DNA from: Podarcis filfolensis
Lineage: Eukaryota
Strand: one strand, 5' to 3'
Assembly: GCA_964270895.1 (NCBI GenBank)
Contig: OZ185447.1
DNA: 64,000 nt
How positions within the stretch are numbered: the first letter of the stretch is position 1; every line of letters begins with the position of its first letter. Made by a program: the position numbers and the translations under genes. Under the pieces are notes generated by a model. That model was given only the letters and a program-made list of their open reading frames with translations, was not told the origin of the DNA and made no database searches. Below, piece by piece: positions 50,631 to 61,912 of the stretch.

Positions 50631-53600
50631 TCAACCCAAAGCAGATCAGGCTGTGTAGGTTTTGGGTGCCCTGCTCTAAAAATAAACAATTCAGAAAGGC
50701 AGATAGATCCGCTTGATACATTCAAAGCATCATCCATGTGCATTTAAAGCAGATGACGTCCCCTAAAAAATCCTGGAAACTGCAGCTTCCCCGTCACAGA
50801 GCTACCATTTCCAGCATCCTTTTAAAAAACCTACAGTAGCAGAGAAGGAATATGTTTTGCGCGTCCGGGAGGCTTACAGCAACAGCAAGAGCCAAGAACT
50901 GGAAGAAAATCCTCAATAATGGATGAAGAACTTTTCAGGATGTGAAGCTGGTGATGATACAGTTCAGGATTGAGAAAGCAAAACAAGCAACAGCTGCAGC
51001 CTGGATGTAGGAGCCTCTGACAGATTTCTTCAGCACCTGCACAGCTGTGGATGAAGAAGGGCGGGAAGCAGAAAAGCTATAAGCCTGTGTGCCAGAAGAG
51101 CAGCCAGAAGAACAGGATGAGGCCAAATCCTTGACTGTCTTGAAAAACACTATCTTGGTTTTTCTATTTTATTTCTGGCACTCATGTACCACCTTGTGGA
51201 TGGTTCACAGATTCCTCTACAGGCCGTGTACCCTAGAGGCAAGACCCTGCTGAGCTGCGATTCTTCAGACCCTCAGTGGTGGGGGGCTCCACCACTGTAG
51301 GGGAATTACCCATTTAGGGGACCATACCAAAGGAATAAGAATCATTCACATTATTTTCTCAAGGCCTGAAAACATAGTCAAAATTATTAAGCCACCCGAA
51401 TGCACACTGACATCCTAGTCTTGTATATATGCAAGGAGTTATTGTACACGATAAATTATTTAACCCATCTGCAGTCTGAGCAGTTTTGGCCACTTCATGG
51501 GCTATTTATGTGAGCGGGAAGCAGGCATGTTAAAAAGCTTGTTTCTGTTACTGCCTGCTTACTTTTACGTTTCTATTACAGTAACATAAATCTACAGGAA
51601 TACCTGGGAATTAATGTGATTATATCCTACTCCATCCCATAGGCTCAAGAGAGGCTTACAAGCTGTTTTTCTAAATGTTAATAGAGCTGTCTCCAGGGGG
51701 TTCACAGTTTAAGAAAACGTGTTTTTTTCTGGCATAAAAGAGGCTAAATTAAATAAAAAATGAGATTGTGAACACATATTATTTTTTTAAAAAACCCCAA
51801 ACCCAAACAACACCCAAACCAAACTGTAGCCAACCTACCTAAAAAGCTACCTGAAGCACAATGTTGTTTGCAGGCAGGCAAAAGCCTAGTTGTTGTTGCA
51901 GCTCCATTCCAGGCGTAGTCCTGATGGTGTCCCTTGAGGTCCTGCCAGGAAGCAGGCAGATCTTCATCCTTAGCCTCTAGAATGTCCCACCACCAACTAT
52001 GAATTTCCTAGAGTGTGTGAGCCATCAGGGAATTCATCCCCTGTTGCTCATTACAGGTCCTAGTATCCAATATTTTAAATTCACAAAAAGTGATGGGGAG
52101 GGGGGAAAGGAAGATAACAAATAAAGCCCACAATCAGAAGAATCATGTGGTGCAGCTTTTGCTGAATACATATTTGTTTGAATGTATCTGTAGATAGATA
52201 CACACCCACCCACCCTGTCCATTCAAAGCTAGGCTATTAGAATGGTTCTGTGCTTAGCCTTTTGTCTGCCACATCGTTTTTTATGTGCAGACGTACAAAC
52301 TCTCCACCTGGAATCTGCATTGTCTGGGTAGGGGAGTGAGGCTCTGTTCCACCTGAGTAGATTTCAGAGTCAGAGGAAGGATTTTGGATTAGAAGTGCTA
52401 AACGAAAAAGCTATACATTCACCACCAGTTGCCCAATGGATGATCTGGTTTGGTGGTCTGAGGACCTTTTATGTACAGTAGAAGAAATTACTTGCTCTTC
52501 TGGTTTTTGTACGTGACATGGATAAATGGATGGCAACTTTAGCAAACCAAAAGCACATGATATGTGTATTTGTTACAAATCTGGACTTCACTTGGAAAAA
52601 CTCTTGGATTCCTTCCTTCTTTTCTGTGGAATATGATCCCCCAAAATCCTTATCCACACAATTTCTTCTCCCCTCTCTTTCCCTTCTCTCAGTTGTTTGG
52701 TGTTATTTCCCCCCTCCTCTTTCTTTCATGGTGTTCATGTTTTAAAATACACTCGGTCTGCATCTTTGTAGAGTTATAAAATGTTGAATAAGCCACTTAA
52801 AAGAGAAAGATGACAAAGGACCATTAGCAGAACATAAGAAGTGCTTTTTGCTATATCAGACTAAGCTCCACTGAACCTAGCATTCATCTTTCAACAGCAT
52901 GTTCCCCTGGGAAGTTCAGAAGCAGAGCATAAAAATGGTGCCTTTCCCCTTTTGCTTGCCCCCCCCCGCCCCATGGTACTCACACTGCGTCTAAGCATGG
53001 ATGAGCCATGTAACTATTTTTTTCTCTGGCTGCACACCATGATGCAATTGTTTGGTGGCAATTCTAGATGTGAAATTCAGGATGGGCAAAATCATTATTA
53101 TTACCGTTTTCCATTTCATTTCTATACCACTTTATATTTTTAAGAGAAGAACCTCCAAACGGTTTACATGAAAACATGAAAACATCAAATAAAACAACCC
53201 AAAATAAAGCATTGCAGAAGAAAATCAAATATAAAGTATATATTCAAAGCGACATAACTAACAGAAAACTAAAATACTATCTTAATGATTTCAAAATAAG
53301 ACATAAAAAAGGAGGTTCATGGTGGGCAGTGGCTGTGGAAGATGGGGCTCGATGAGACCTGGTGTCAGGCAGAGAAGCAGAGGGACTTCAAGATGACGCT
53401 AATGTTGTACCTGTCATGTTGCTTCCACAGATACAGCTCCTACTTCAACAATTCTCCACATTTCCCCTCCCCAACCTTAGGACATCTGCTTATGGTTTAG
53501 GCTTCTTGGCATATATGTGCAGATTTGTACATCACCTGGGTGTGCAAGAGGAAACTCAACTAAGTTTCATTCAGAGTAGTCCTACTGAAATTAATAGACC

Positions 53601-53659
53601 TTAGCCATGTTTTGTCATTTCAATGGGTAAAACTGCCAGCCTCATGGGATGTCACAACC

Positions 53660-54152
53660 TGTCAGAGACATGGGAAGAGGCAGACTCGGGAGATGAGGAA
53701 TTACAGTCACAGTCAGAGTAAGAATTGGTTAGTTTGGGTCCCACTTCCTCCAGAGTTTCCAGCGGCAGATAGAGAAGTAGATTCAGAAGGCTTGCAGCAG
53801 TCGGGGGGGGGGCAGGGAGAGAAACAGATGGCCTTGAGGGGGCTGCTATGCAACCAGGAGGCAGCATTTAGAAGACTCTTCATCTGAGAGTGGAGTAGTC
53901 CATCCACCCTCCCCCTGCTCCAGGAGGGCTGAAAGGGTTAAAATGCAACAGAAGTGCAAGGGAGGGAGGATGGGACATTGGTGCGCATCCTGCTGTGGAA
54001 GGGGCAGAGACTCAGAGTGAGCAACCCGTAACCAAGGGCAGATGGCTCAGTGCTGCTCTCTCTGTGTTAATTGTAAATAAACGTACCACAATCCTGCCAG
54101 AGGCCCATTAATTCTTATCGGAGCTTGCTTGTGTCTGCCTGAGATCCTGACA
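53660..54152 (+). mobile_element. Solo LTR, copy C (divergent relative of A and B)
   Basis: TGTCAG...CTGACA ends; AATAAA near 54075. The flanks caacc and tgacc both derive from cgacc by CpG decay. Confidence 0.7.
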
Positions 54153-54960
54153 TGACCCTGGCCTCAAGCTCAAAATCAGAGAAGGATGAGCTGACCATGT
54201 CAGGAATGGTATACTGCCTGCTGAGGAACTGGAATGGGTTCTCGAGGTTAGTGGTCGGGGCACCTGTGCAACGTGAGCCAGGTCCCTTGCAGATGTCTTC
54301 CTCCTAGCCCATGTCACCTGAGGAATCAAGAACCTCCTATACTTCACCATGGCACAGGGGGATCACCAGAAGGCAGGCCACAGAAAGGAGGTGAAGCACT
54401 CACCTTCAGGCCAGTGGGTTGGTCCTTTCAGGCGAAAGGATGGAGGTTGGTTGGACTAAACTGGAAGGAGGGACTCTTAAGACTTCACTTCCATCCTTTG
54501 TTGGAGCACATTGTTCATTTGGAGCTTTCCATGGTGCTGAATCATGGGTTTCTCTGCTGTAGATGGATTACAATTTCTCCGATCAGGGGAACTATTATTC
54601 AGAACATGTGTTTGAGGGCGGGAAGCTAATCAAAGTCAGAGACAAAAAAAAAAAAGCATCTTGCAGCAAGAACCAAAGTATAAATCTCACAAATGGACCA
54701 GTGTCTGGTGGCTAGAGCTTCCCTTTCACAAAAAGAAGAAAGAAGGAAGCCTCCAAGCGGCACAGAAAAAAGTGGTTTATTAGTCCCCGTGTGTTTCAAA
54801 TAGAGACTCAGCAGGGGCACAATGTTCTGTATTCATGCTGCAAAATAATTACTACAGGGTGTCTTTGTATATGCAAAGTATATGCACTTAGAGTCAGGAT
54901 GTCTCTCCAGCCTCACCTCATCTTCCCCTTAGACTTAAGACCTAAACAATGGTGAATGCA

Positions 54961-55611
54961 GACCTTTCGAATCTTAGGAGTCATTCCTCTGGTTATCCAG
55001 ATTTGGTCAATTCTTGTCCAAGTCATTTTAGCTTCAGAGAAGAAAGTCCCCTCTCTACCTAGGGGGTTCTTAGTTCTCCAAGTGTCAATTAAGTCCATAT
55101 TGTCTGTCATTTCAAAAAAGGTTTTCGGTAGTCTTCCATCTTTTGTCACTACCTGTCTTTCAGATTTATCCATGTTTGTCGACACTACGCCATTCATATC
55201 TCCCATCAAAATGATGTTATAGTCCATAAAATCCAACAATGTCTCATGCAGTTTCTTGTAAAATTCCGATTTCCCCTCATTTGGTGCATAGACTCCTACT
55301 ATCAAAAGTCTCTCTCCTTGAAATTGTATTTCAATTGCCACAAATCGTCCCTGTTCATCTTTAAAGATAAATTTTGGTGATAATTTTTCTTTTGCATAGA
55401 TCACAACCCCTCTCTTTTTAACTTTGTCTGATGAAATAAATTCTTGGCCTAATCTTTTATTTATCAATACTTTCCTGTGGAGTCTGGTTACATGGGTTTC
55501 TTGCAGACAAATCAGGTCCAATTGTTCCTTTTTCAATAAATGAAAGACTCTTTTCCTCTTGTCCGGGGAGTTTAGACCCCTAATATTCCAAGTTAATATC
55601 TGCAGAGACAT
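54961..55611 (-). CDS. L1 ORF2p apurinic-like endonuclease domain, C-terminally truncated; TE-derived
   Basis: TWNIRG, CLQETH, GVYAPN, GDMNG, RIDQIW present; the sequence breaks before the SDH motif. Confidence 0.85.
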
Positions 55612-55618
55612 GATGTGA

Positions 55619-56317
55619 TTATTTTGCAATCCCTCCAACTGCTCCCTGAAGCTGTTCCTGTTCTGACAGCAGTGTCTCTTTCTCTGGTTTATCCAATCCC
55701 AAGGGGTATCTTCCTGGGTCTGGTGCTCCCGATCTCGGTGCTTTCAGTTCTTTTGTTTCGGTCTCTTTTTGCAAGTCTTCCTCGTGATCTCTCAGGAACC
55801 TCAATTTCTCTTCCTCTGATCTTATCTTTACTTTTTTCCCTCTGAATGTAAACGACAGACCCTGAGGAAATTCCCACCTGAATAAAATATTGTTTCTTCT
55901 TAGCAGACCCACTAGGTCTCCGTAGTTAGCCCTGAGATCCAATAAATGTTTAGGGATGTCTTTAAAAATTTCAGTTCTTGAACCCTCTATTTCCAGTGCT
56001 TTCTGGTAATGGAGACTCAATATTTTGTCTCTCTCCTCTTTCGACTTAAAAACAATCAAGCAGTCTCTCACTGTGTTCTTCCTTCTGACTCTTCCAAGTC
56101 GGAAGGCACTCACTATCTTAAATTCTTGTTTTCCTGGATCAAGATCCCAAAAGTCCTCAAATTCCTGTGTAAGAAATTCTCTCAAGTCCCCTTCTTCCGA
56201 TTCTGGTACCGCTCTGACTCTCAGATTAGCCTGTTTTTCCTTAAGTTCGATCATAGAAAATTGTGACCCATAGTCCTCAAGTTGTTTATTAATTGGTGGT
56301 ATCCTTTCTTCTACCGC
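55619..56317 (-). CDS. L1 ORF1p fragment (coiled-coil end, RRM, CTD); TE-derived
   Basis: Frame open from 56317 to TAA at 55619-55621; NLRVRAVPE, AFRLG, IFKDIP, FRWEFPQGLSF motifs. Confidence 0.8.
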   Translation of the reverse strand, partial: AVEERIPPINKQLEDYGSQFSMIELKEKQANLRVRAVPESEEGDLREFLTQEFEDFWDLDPGKQEFKIVSAFRLGRVRRKNTVRDCLIVFKSKEERDKILSLHYQKALEIEGSRTEIFKDIPKHLLDLRANYGDLVGLLRRNNILFRWEFPQGLSFTFRGKKVKIRSEEEKLRFLRDHEEDLQKETETKELKAPRSGAPDPGRYPLGLDKPEKETLLSEQEQLQGAVGGIAK

Positions 56318-56499
56318 CTAAGTTGGCACCCATGGTTTTGGAGACAGCCTGAGATTGGATGTGATGCTAAGCTAAACAATGGTTTCGCTCTCAGCAGCAC
56401 AAGCAGGAGCAGTGAAGCAGCTAAGAGTTTCACCCCATGCACCAGCATGCTACACATTCACTTTTAAACTGTAGTTAAGTGGAAAGGATCTAGAGGTCT

Positions 56500-57360
56500 T
56501 AGTAGATTACAAGCTTAATATGAGCCTGCATCAACAGAAGCATAGTACCCTGAACAAAGGAAGTAATAGTATGACTCTATTCTGCCTTGGTCAGACCACA
56601 CCTGGAATACTGTGCCCAATTCTGGGCACCACAATTTAAGAAAGATGTTGACAAGCTGAAACGTGTACAGAAGAGGGCAACCAAGAAGATTATAAGGGTC
56701 TGGAAACCAAGCCTTATGAAGAATGGTTGAAAGACTGGGCATGCTTAGTTTGGAAAAGAAAAGAATGAGAGGAGATATGAGAGCCATTCCAAACTAAGCA
56801 TGCCCAGTCTTTCAACCATTCTTCATAAGGCTTTCATAGATGCTTAGCTGAGATTCCTGCATTGCAGGGGTGAAGTGAAGGACATGAGGCAGGAGTTGGT
56901 AATGTGGGTGAGCTGGGCACAGGCAAGCTGCCAGCTAGCTCTGTAGAGGCTCCTTTTATTGCCACAATATACAAATCCAGGCAGATACATTTTGGGCTGT
57001 GATCTTTACACATCTTCCATTCCCAAGAACGTGGGGTGGTACAAAGTTATTTTGGCACCTGTTTCCACCACGTCATTTCCCCCTTGCACAATGTATGACA
57101 AAGGAGACAAAGGTCACAGACAGAGCATGGCAGAATACTAAGACCGCAAGAGGTTAGACAGAGGGGAAGATGTTCAGACAGCTGTGGATTTATCTGTGAG
57201 GGGGAGTGTGCTCCGCACCCCAACGTCATGTGTGCAGACAGCTGAGGCTGCCCGTGGGTGGGAGTGTGCTCCAGAACCCAGTGATCATTCCTACACAGGG
57301 GTTGGACTAAATGAGCCTTGGTGTCCCTTCCAACTCTACAGTTCTGTTTTATGATCTATG
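56500..57360 (+). mobile_element. Rearranged CR1 3' fragment with a fold-back inversion and a later insertion
   Basis: CR1 ORF2 motifs at 56515-56785, a 47 bp inverted copy, and a CR1 tail split between 56834-56871 and 57296-57360. Confidence 0.8.
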
Positions 57361-57999
57361 ACCCTAAGTGTGACATGTGAACCAGGACACTGACTTAAAT
57401 GGGGACTGTAAACGTGGTTAAATGCCTCCCACTGACATCCACCGAATATAGAAGTGCTTCAAAAACCTTGGCAGGATTGTGTCCTGTCTTTGGATTTTAA
57501 GAGAACATTTCTGTATTCTGTTTGAACTATTTTTTACATGCCTAGCAAGACACCACACTGCTTGCTGGTGCTTAGGTTAATGACTGAAACCTAAATATGG
57601 ATGATGCTTTAACTCTACTGCCTTGCAAGAAATGAATTTTCAGTATATATTCCCAGCTCCATGGCAGATGTTCAGTAAGCCTGGTCGATGAACTGTATTA
57701 TGCTTTAAAATGCAGTGTATTAGATTAGCACTCAGTCCTATAGATGTGCATAGCTGCAATGATACAAAGAATGGTTTGTTCCAGTATAGCTGCAGGGGTG
57801 TCATATGTGATATGAGTGGCGCAAATCTGTCAGGCTTTGCTGCCTATCCGCTGAAATCCCATTTTAACGGATTTACTGCAAATATACTGGGTGTTGGGCC
57901 ATCTTGGTTATTTTATTTATTTATGACATTTGTACACTGGCTGATGACAGAAAGTCTCTTGGGCAGCTTAAAATAAGTACATATAAAAACACTCCAAGT

Positions 58000-58400
58000 A
58001 CAAAAAGCCCCATAGAAAGCATATATAGCACAAGTATTACAATAAAACCAAACCGTTCTCAACCCCAAAAGTAAAAACTGAGATGCCCAAGCTACACAAG
58101 TTATTTAAAATGTCTAGGTGAACAGAAAGCTTTTCACTTGACATCAAAAACCTTCACAGAGATGCTTCCAGGCCCTTCTTCCTGGAAAGCCTGCCCCATA
58201 GCCGGGGTGTCACTGCCAGCAGAAGCAACAACTTGTGTGGTTGCCCCACTTGGAGCAGCACTTTCAGAAAAGAACTTCATGTTCTGGTGGGTACATATGG
58301 GAGAAGGTGGCCTTTCAAGTAGGTGATCTTTTAGTTACGGCTAAAAGTAGCATTTGAAATAGGGCCTATAAATGGACTGCAAGCCAGTGCAGCCGACAGG
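58000..58400 (-). mobile_element. Degraded L2 3' fragment
   Basis: aaagcttttcacttgacatcaaaaa...gggtgtcactgccagcagaagc...atttgaaatagggcc; L2 C-terminal pattern reversed. Confidence 0.55.
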
Positions 58401-59769
58401 CATAAAATAGAATAAATAAATAATAAATAGAATAAATAAATAAATTAGGCAAAGTGAATCCATCACCTCCAGCAACAGATGCCACAGGGCAGTGATGGAA
58501 GCCTTCTGGTTTTTCTTCCGAAGCTCTGAGGCATCTCTCTCAGCTGGAAGACAAAGATGTATATACATATAGATGGTCCTTCTCTTCCCCAATGCTGATG
58601 CCTCCCCTGATGCTGCTTTCAAAAGTGAAAACAGAAGCAGTGCTACTGGGGATGGGGCGGTAATCTCGTGCAAGTGTCATGAGGGCTGCACTGCAAGGCC
58701 TGTTCCTGAAAGGAAGTACCAGAGACCAAGAACGAGGGGAGTGTTGAGATGCTAGAGGTGTCTCCTTCTCATTTCAGGCTAAGTGTGAAGGATGGCTGGA
58801 TGTGCCTCTTCCGTCCATGGAGCAGCCACACTACTGGCGCTCTCACCCATCACTGGACCCCAAGGCAAGTCTTTGCACCAGGGGCGGGGAAGAAGGGCTT
58901 GAGAGAAGGGCGGAGGAAGGGGTTGATCAGGTTGCTTGAGCCTCCTCAAACAGACCCATCAAACTTCAAACTTTCCACTCAGGGGGTTTAGATACTGGAG
59001 GACACTTCTTGGTTCATTTTCAGGCCAGTTGGCTCATTCTTTACCCAAATGCATCCCAATGTAGCCCTTATTGATGTGGTGTTTGCATAACAGGTAAGCA
59101 ATGACCAACTCCTTGGGAGATGCATTGTTTGCCATATTATGTAAACACACCTTCAGGAAGGACAACGTAAGTTGATTTTTTAAACACTAATTGTAAATCT
59201 GTGTGTCACGAGGGCTCCAAAGCATTGGTTTATGCTGTGCCTGATTCATTGGTCAGGCCATTTCTCATACCAATAAGCCTCTTCTAGGCAAAGGCCATTC
59301 TAGGGGTGGGGAACAGGATCTTGCTGATGGGACAGATCCTGAACTTCCCCACACCTTGTGAGCCAGTATGACAGGTTAGGCAGATGGTGCGCCTCACCTG
59401 TCAATCACCTGGCATCATCATGACAGCAGTTGAGCCAGCTTCAAAGGAAAGAATTGGAAGTGGGGCTGCCAAGAGGTTGTATGGCAGGGCTGCCATATTC
59501 TGAGGAGCAAAAAAGAGGACACATTTGCCGACATCTACTTCTAACTACAGATCACTATGACATCTCTCATTCTAAATACTATATGTAGGCTATAGGAGCT
59601 GTGATATATTGCTACTAGCAGTGTTATTAACTTTCGACAACAAAATAATAATAATACAAACAATTGAATTGGCTTTAATCGAATAAGTAACTAATTGTAA
59701 AAGTAAATGTGCTCTAATTACAAAAAAATAGAACATGTGTAGGCTATATACATTGGTAGGCTATATGAA

Positions 59770-60228
59770 TATCAGGGACTGGGCAGAGGAGGAAGAGGAA
59801 GACAGTATAGATTTACAGCAGTGGTTTACGGGAAGCCACAACTCAGAGGCAGATGAGGGGAAAAGTTGGGAGATCATGGGAGAGGAGGAGCAGGCAGAGC
59901 CGGAGAAGCAACCGGCTGATGCATTGTCATTAGAAAGCATTCCAGACCCTCCAACTCCCAGAACCCAGCGAGCCTTAAAGTAAAAGAGCAAAGAGCTCAA
60001 AAACAGAGGGTACTTAGCTACACCTGTAGAGAAGAGGATGATGATGACGAATGAGGAAGTGGGAGAGAAGGGGGTGGAGATTCACTTGGGACAAGGCCCT
60101 TATCCAAGAGGCTGGGTTCTATAGCCTCTCTGTGTGAAGACTGAAATAAAAAAGGACTGTAAGAAACTTTGCCTTGTCTTTATATTTTCCTGGGCAACCA
60201 GCCGTGAGCTGCTGACAGCATCCTGACA
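59770..60228 (+). mobile_element. Solo LTR, copy B of the acidic-ORF family
   Basis: T(A)TCAG...CTGACA ends; perfect 5 bp TSD atgaa (59765-59769, 60229-60233); AATAAA at 60145-60150. Confidence 0.85.
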
Positions 60229-60977
60229 ATGAAACTCCTGTATCAGTACAAATGTAAATGACTACCTCGTGGTCATGGCAGGAATGCCTTTGAGGCTGGT
60301 GGAGCAAAGAGACTCAGTCAGTTGCCATCACCTGTTTTGAGGGTTTCTGCAGGCAGAGATTCCACTGGTTCTGCCTGCTAGCCCTTTGGCTTTCCTGCCA
60401 GCGGTAGAGTCCCCCCCCCCTCACTGGCAGAAGCCAGAAGGGCAATGCCCCACTCAAACCACCCTCATATGGCAGGTTGGAAGCTTGGATTTCTCAGTTA
60501 GCTCCCATGTGCTGTGTTCAAAATAGATGGGAATTAAGTATCCATTCACTTTCATACTTCTCTAGAAAAGGGGTGAAGGTGAGTCTTCACTAGGAATATG
60601 GAACCTGTGACTCTCCTGATGTTGTTGAACAACAACTACCACCATTCCTGACCCTTGGTCATGCTGATATCTGGAAGGCCACCGACTACTCATTCCTGAA
60701 CTGCATACACTGTGACCATGTACACCTTTAAAGCACATTCAAAGCACATTCAAACTTTCAAATAATTCTGGGCACTGTAGTTTGTTAAGGAATGTTGGGA
60801 ATTGCACTGCTGAGAGGCATAAACTACAATGTCCAGAATTCTCTGAGAGAAAGAATGTGCTTGTAAGGTATAGTGAATGCATAGCCTGTGGCTTTTAAAA
60901 TCACTGTTACATTTGAACAAGGCATCAGTCCTAACCAGACTTTTTAATGCAAAAAAGGAGAGGTGCCAAATATACTT

Positions 60978-61321
60978 GTTGTTGTTGAGTCGTTTAGTCG
61001 TGTCCGACTCTTCGTGACCCCCTGGACCAGAGCACGCCAGGCACTCCTGTCTTCCACTGCCTCCTGCAGTTTAGTCAAACTCATACTGGTAGCTTCGAGA
61101 ACACTGTCCAACCATCTCGTCCTCTGTCGTCCCCTTCTTCTTGTGCCTTCCATCTTTCCCAACATCAGGGTCTTTTCCAGGGAGTCTTCTCTTCTCATGA
61201 GGTGGCCAAAGTATTGGAGCCTCAGCTTCAGGATCTGTCCTTCCAGTGAGCACTCAGGGCTGATTTCCTTCAGAATGGACAGGTTTGATCTTCTTGCAGT
61301 CCATGGGACTCGCAAGAGTCT
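60978..61321 (-). mobile_element. BovB (RTE clade) LINE 3' fragment
   Basis: LRVPWTARRSN.SILKEISPECSLEG...QYFGHLMRR.DSLEKTLMLG...GRQRTRWLD...KSRTRLND*; (CAA)n tail; TSD aaatatactt/aaatacactt. Confidence 0.92.
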
Positions 61322-61912
61322 AAATACACTTAGCCAGTGGCAAATCAAGATTGCATATGCTACCAGGAAGACAACGATAAGAGTAATTTGTAAGCCTCAT
61401 TCAAACAAATAAGCTGCAATGTGGTGGGCAAACAGAAATCAAAATCATGCTGAGGCTGTTTTGTGTGGCCAAGCAATGCAAATGATTCTACCACAGCACA
61501 AGCTTCCAAAGAAAACAGTCTGCTGTGCCACGATGTCCAAGCCCAGTGGCCACACTCAAGCAGCTTGCCACATATGGAGCTCAAGCAGTTTTGGATGTCA
61601 AGAGGCTGCTGCTTTATGCAACTCGAACCTTGAGATATATTTGCATGAATGTAGAACTACCAAACCACAAAACTACAGTAAAATGCACAAAGCAAAGGCA
61701 TATTTTTATCAAATTAAAACCAGCAAGCACACAAAAGAAAAAACAGGCATCCACAATGATGCCCTTAGGGTAGGATGTTGGGGCTGAAGTCCTGGTCCCC
61801 AATCAGCAGAAGATGCAGCAGGCCTGCCTCACCACACTTTCAAGTAACACACATTGCCATCCTAAAAGGCCACTGACTTCAGAGTCTACGATTACATAAC
61901 TACATCATTTGG

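Larger units (their letters stand above)
54961..56318 (-). mobile_element. L1-clade LINE internal fragment, truncated at both ends
   Basis: ORF1 C-terminal two-thirds, 7 nt spacer, then ORF2 APE endonuclease. No 5'UTR, RT, poly(A) or TSD seen. Confidence 0.88.

Noticed and set aside
36191-60228. Copies A and B as the two LTRs of one 24 kb provirus
   Set aside because: Each has its own distinct TSD, and there is no gag or pol between them.
61400-61620. hAT transposase remnant (LPQHKL, HST, DVxxxW-like words)
   Set aside because: The words fall in different overlapping frames on the same bases; not supportable by eye.
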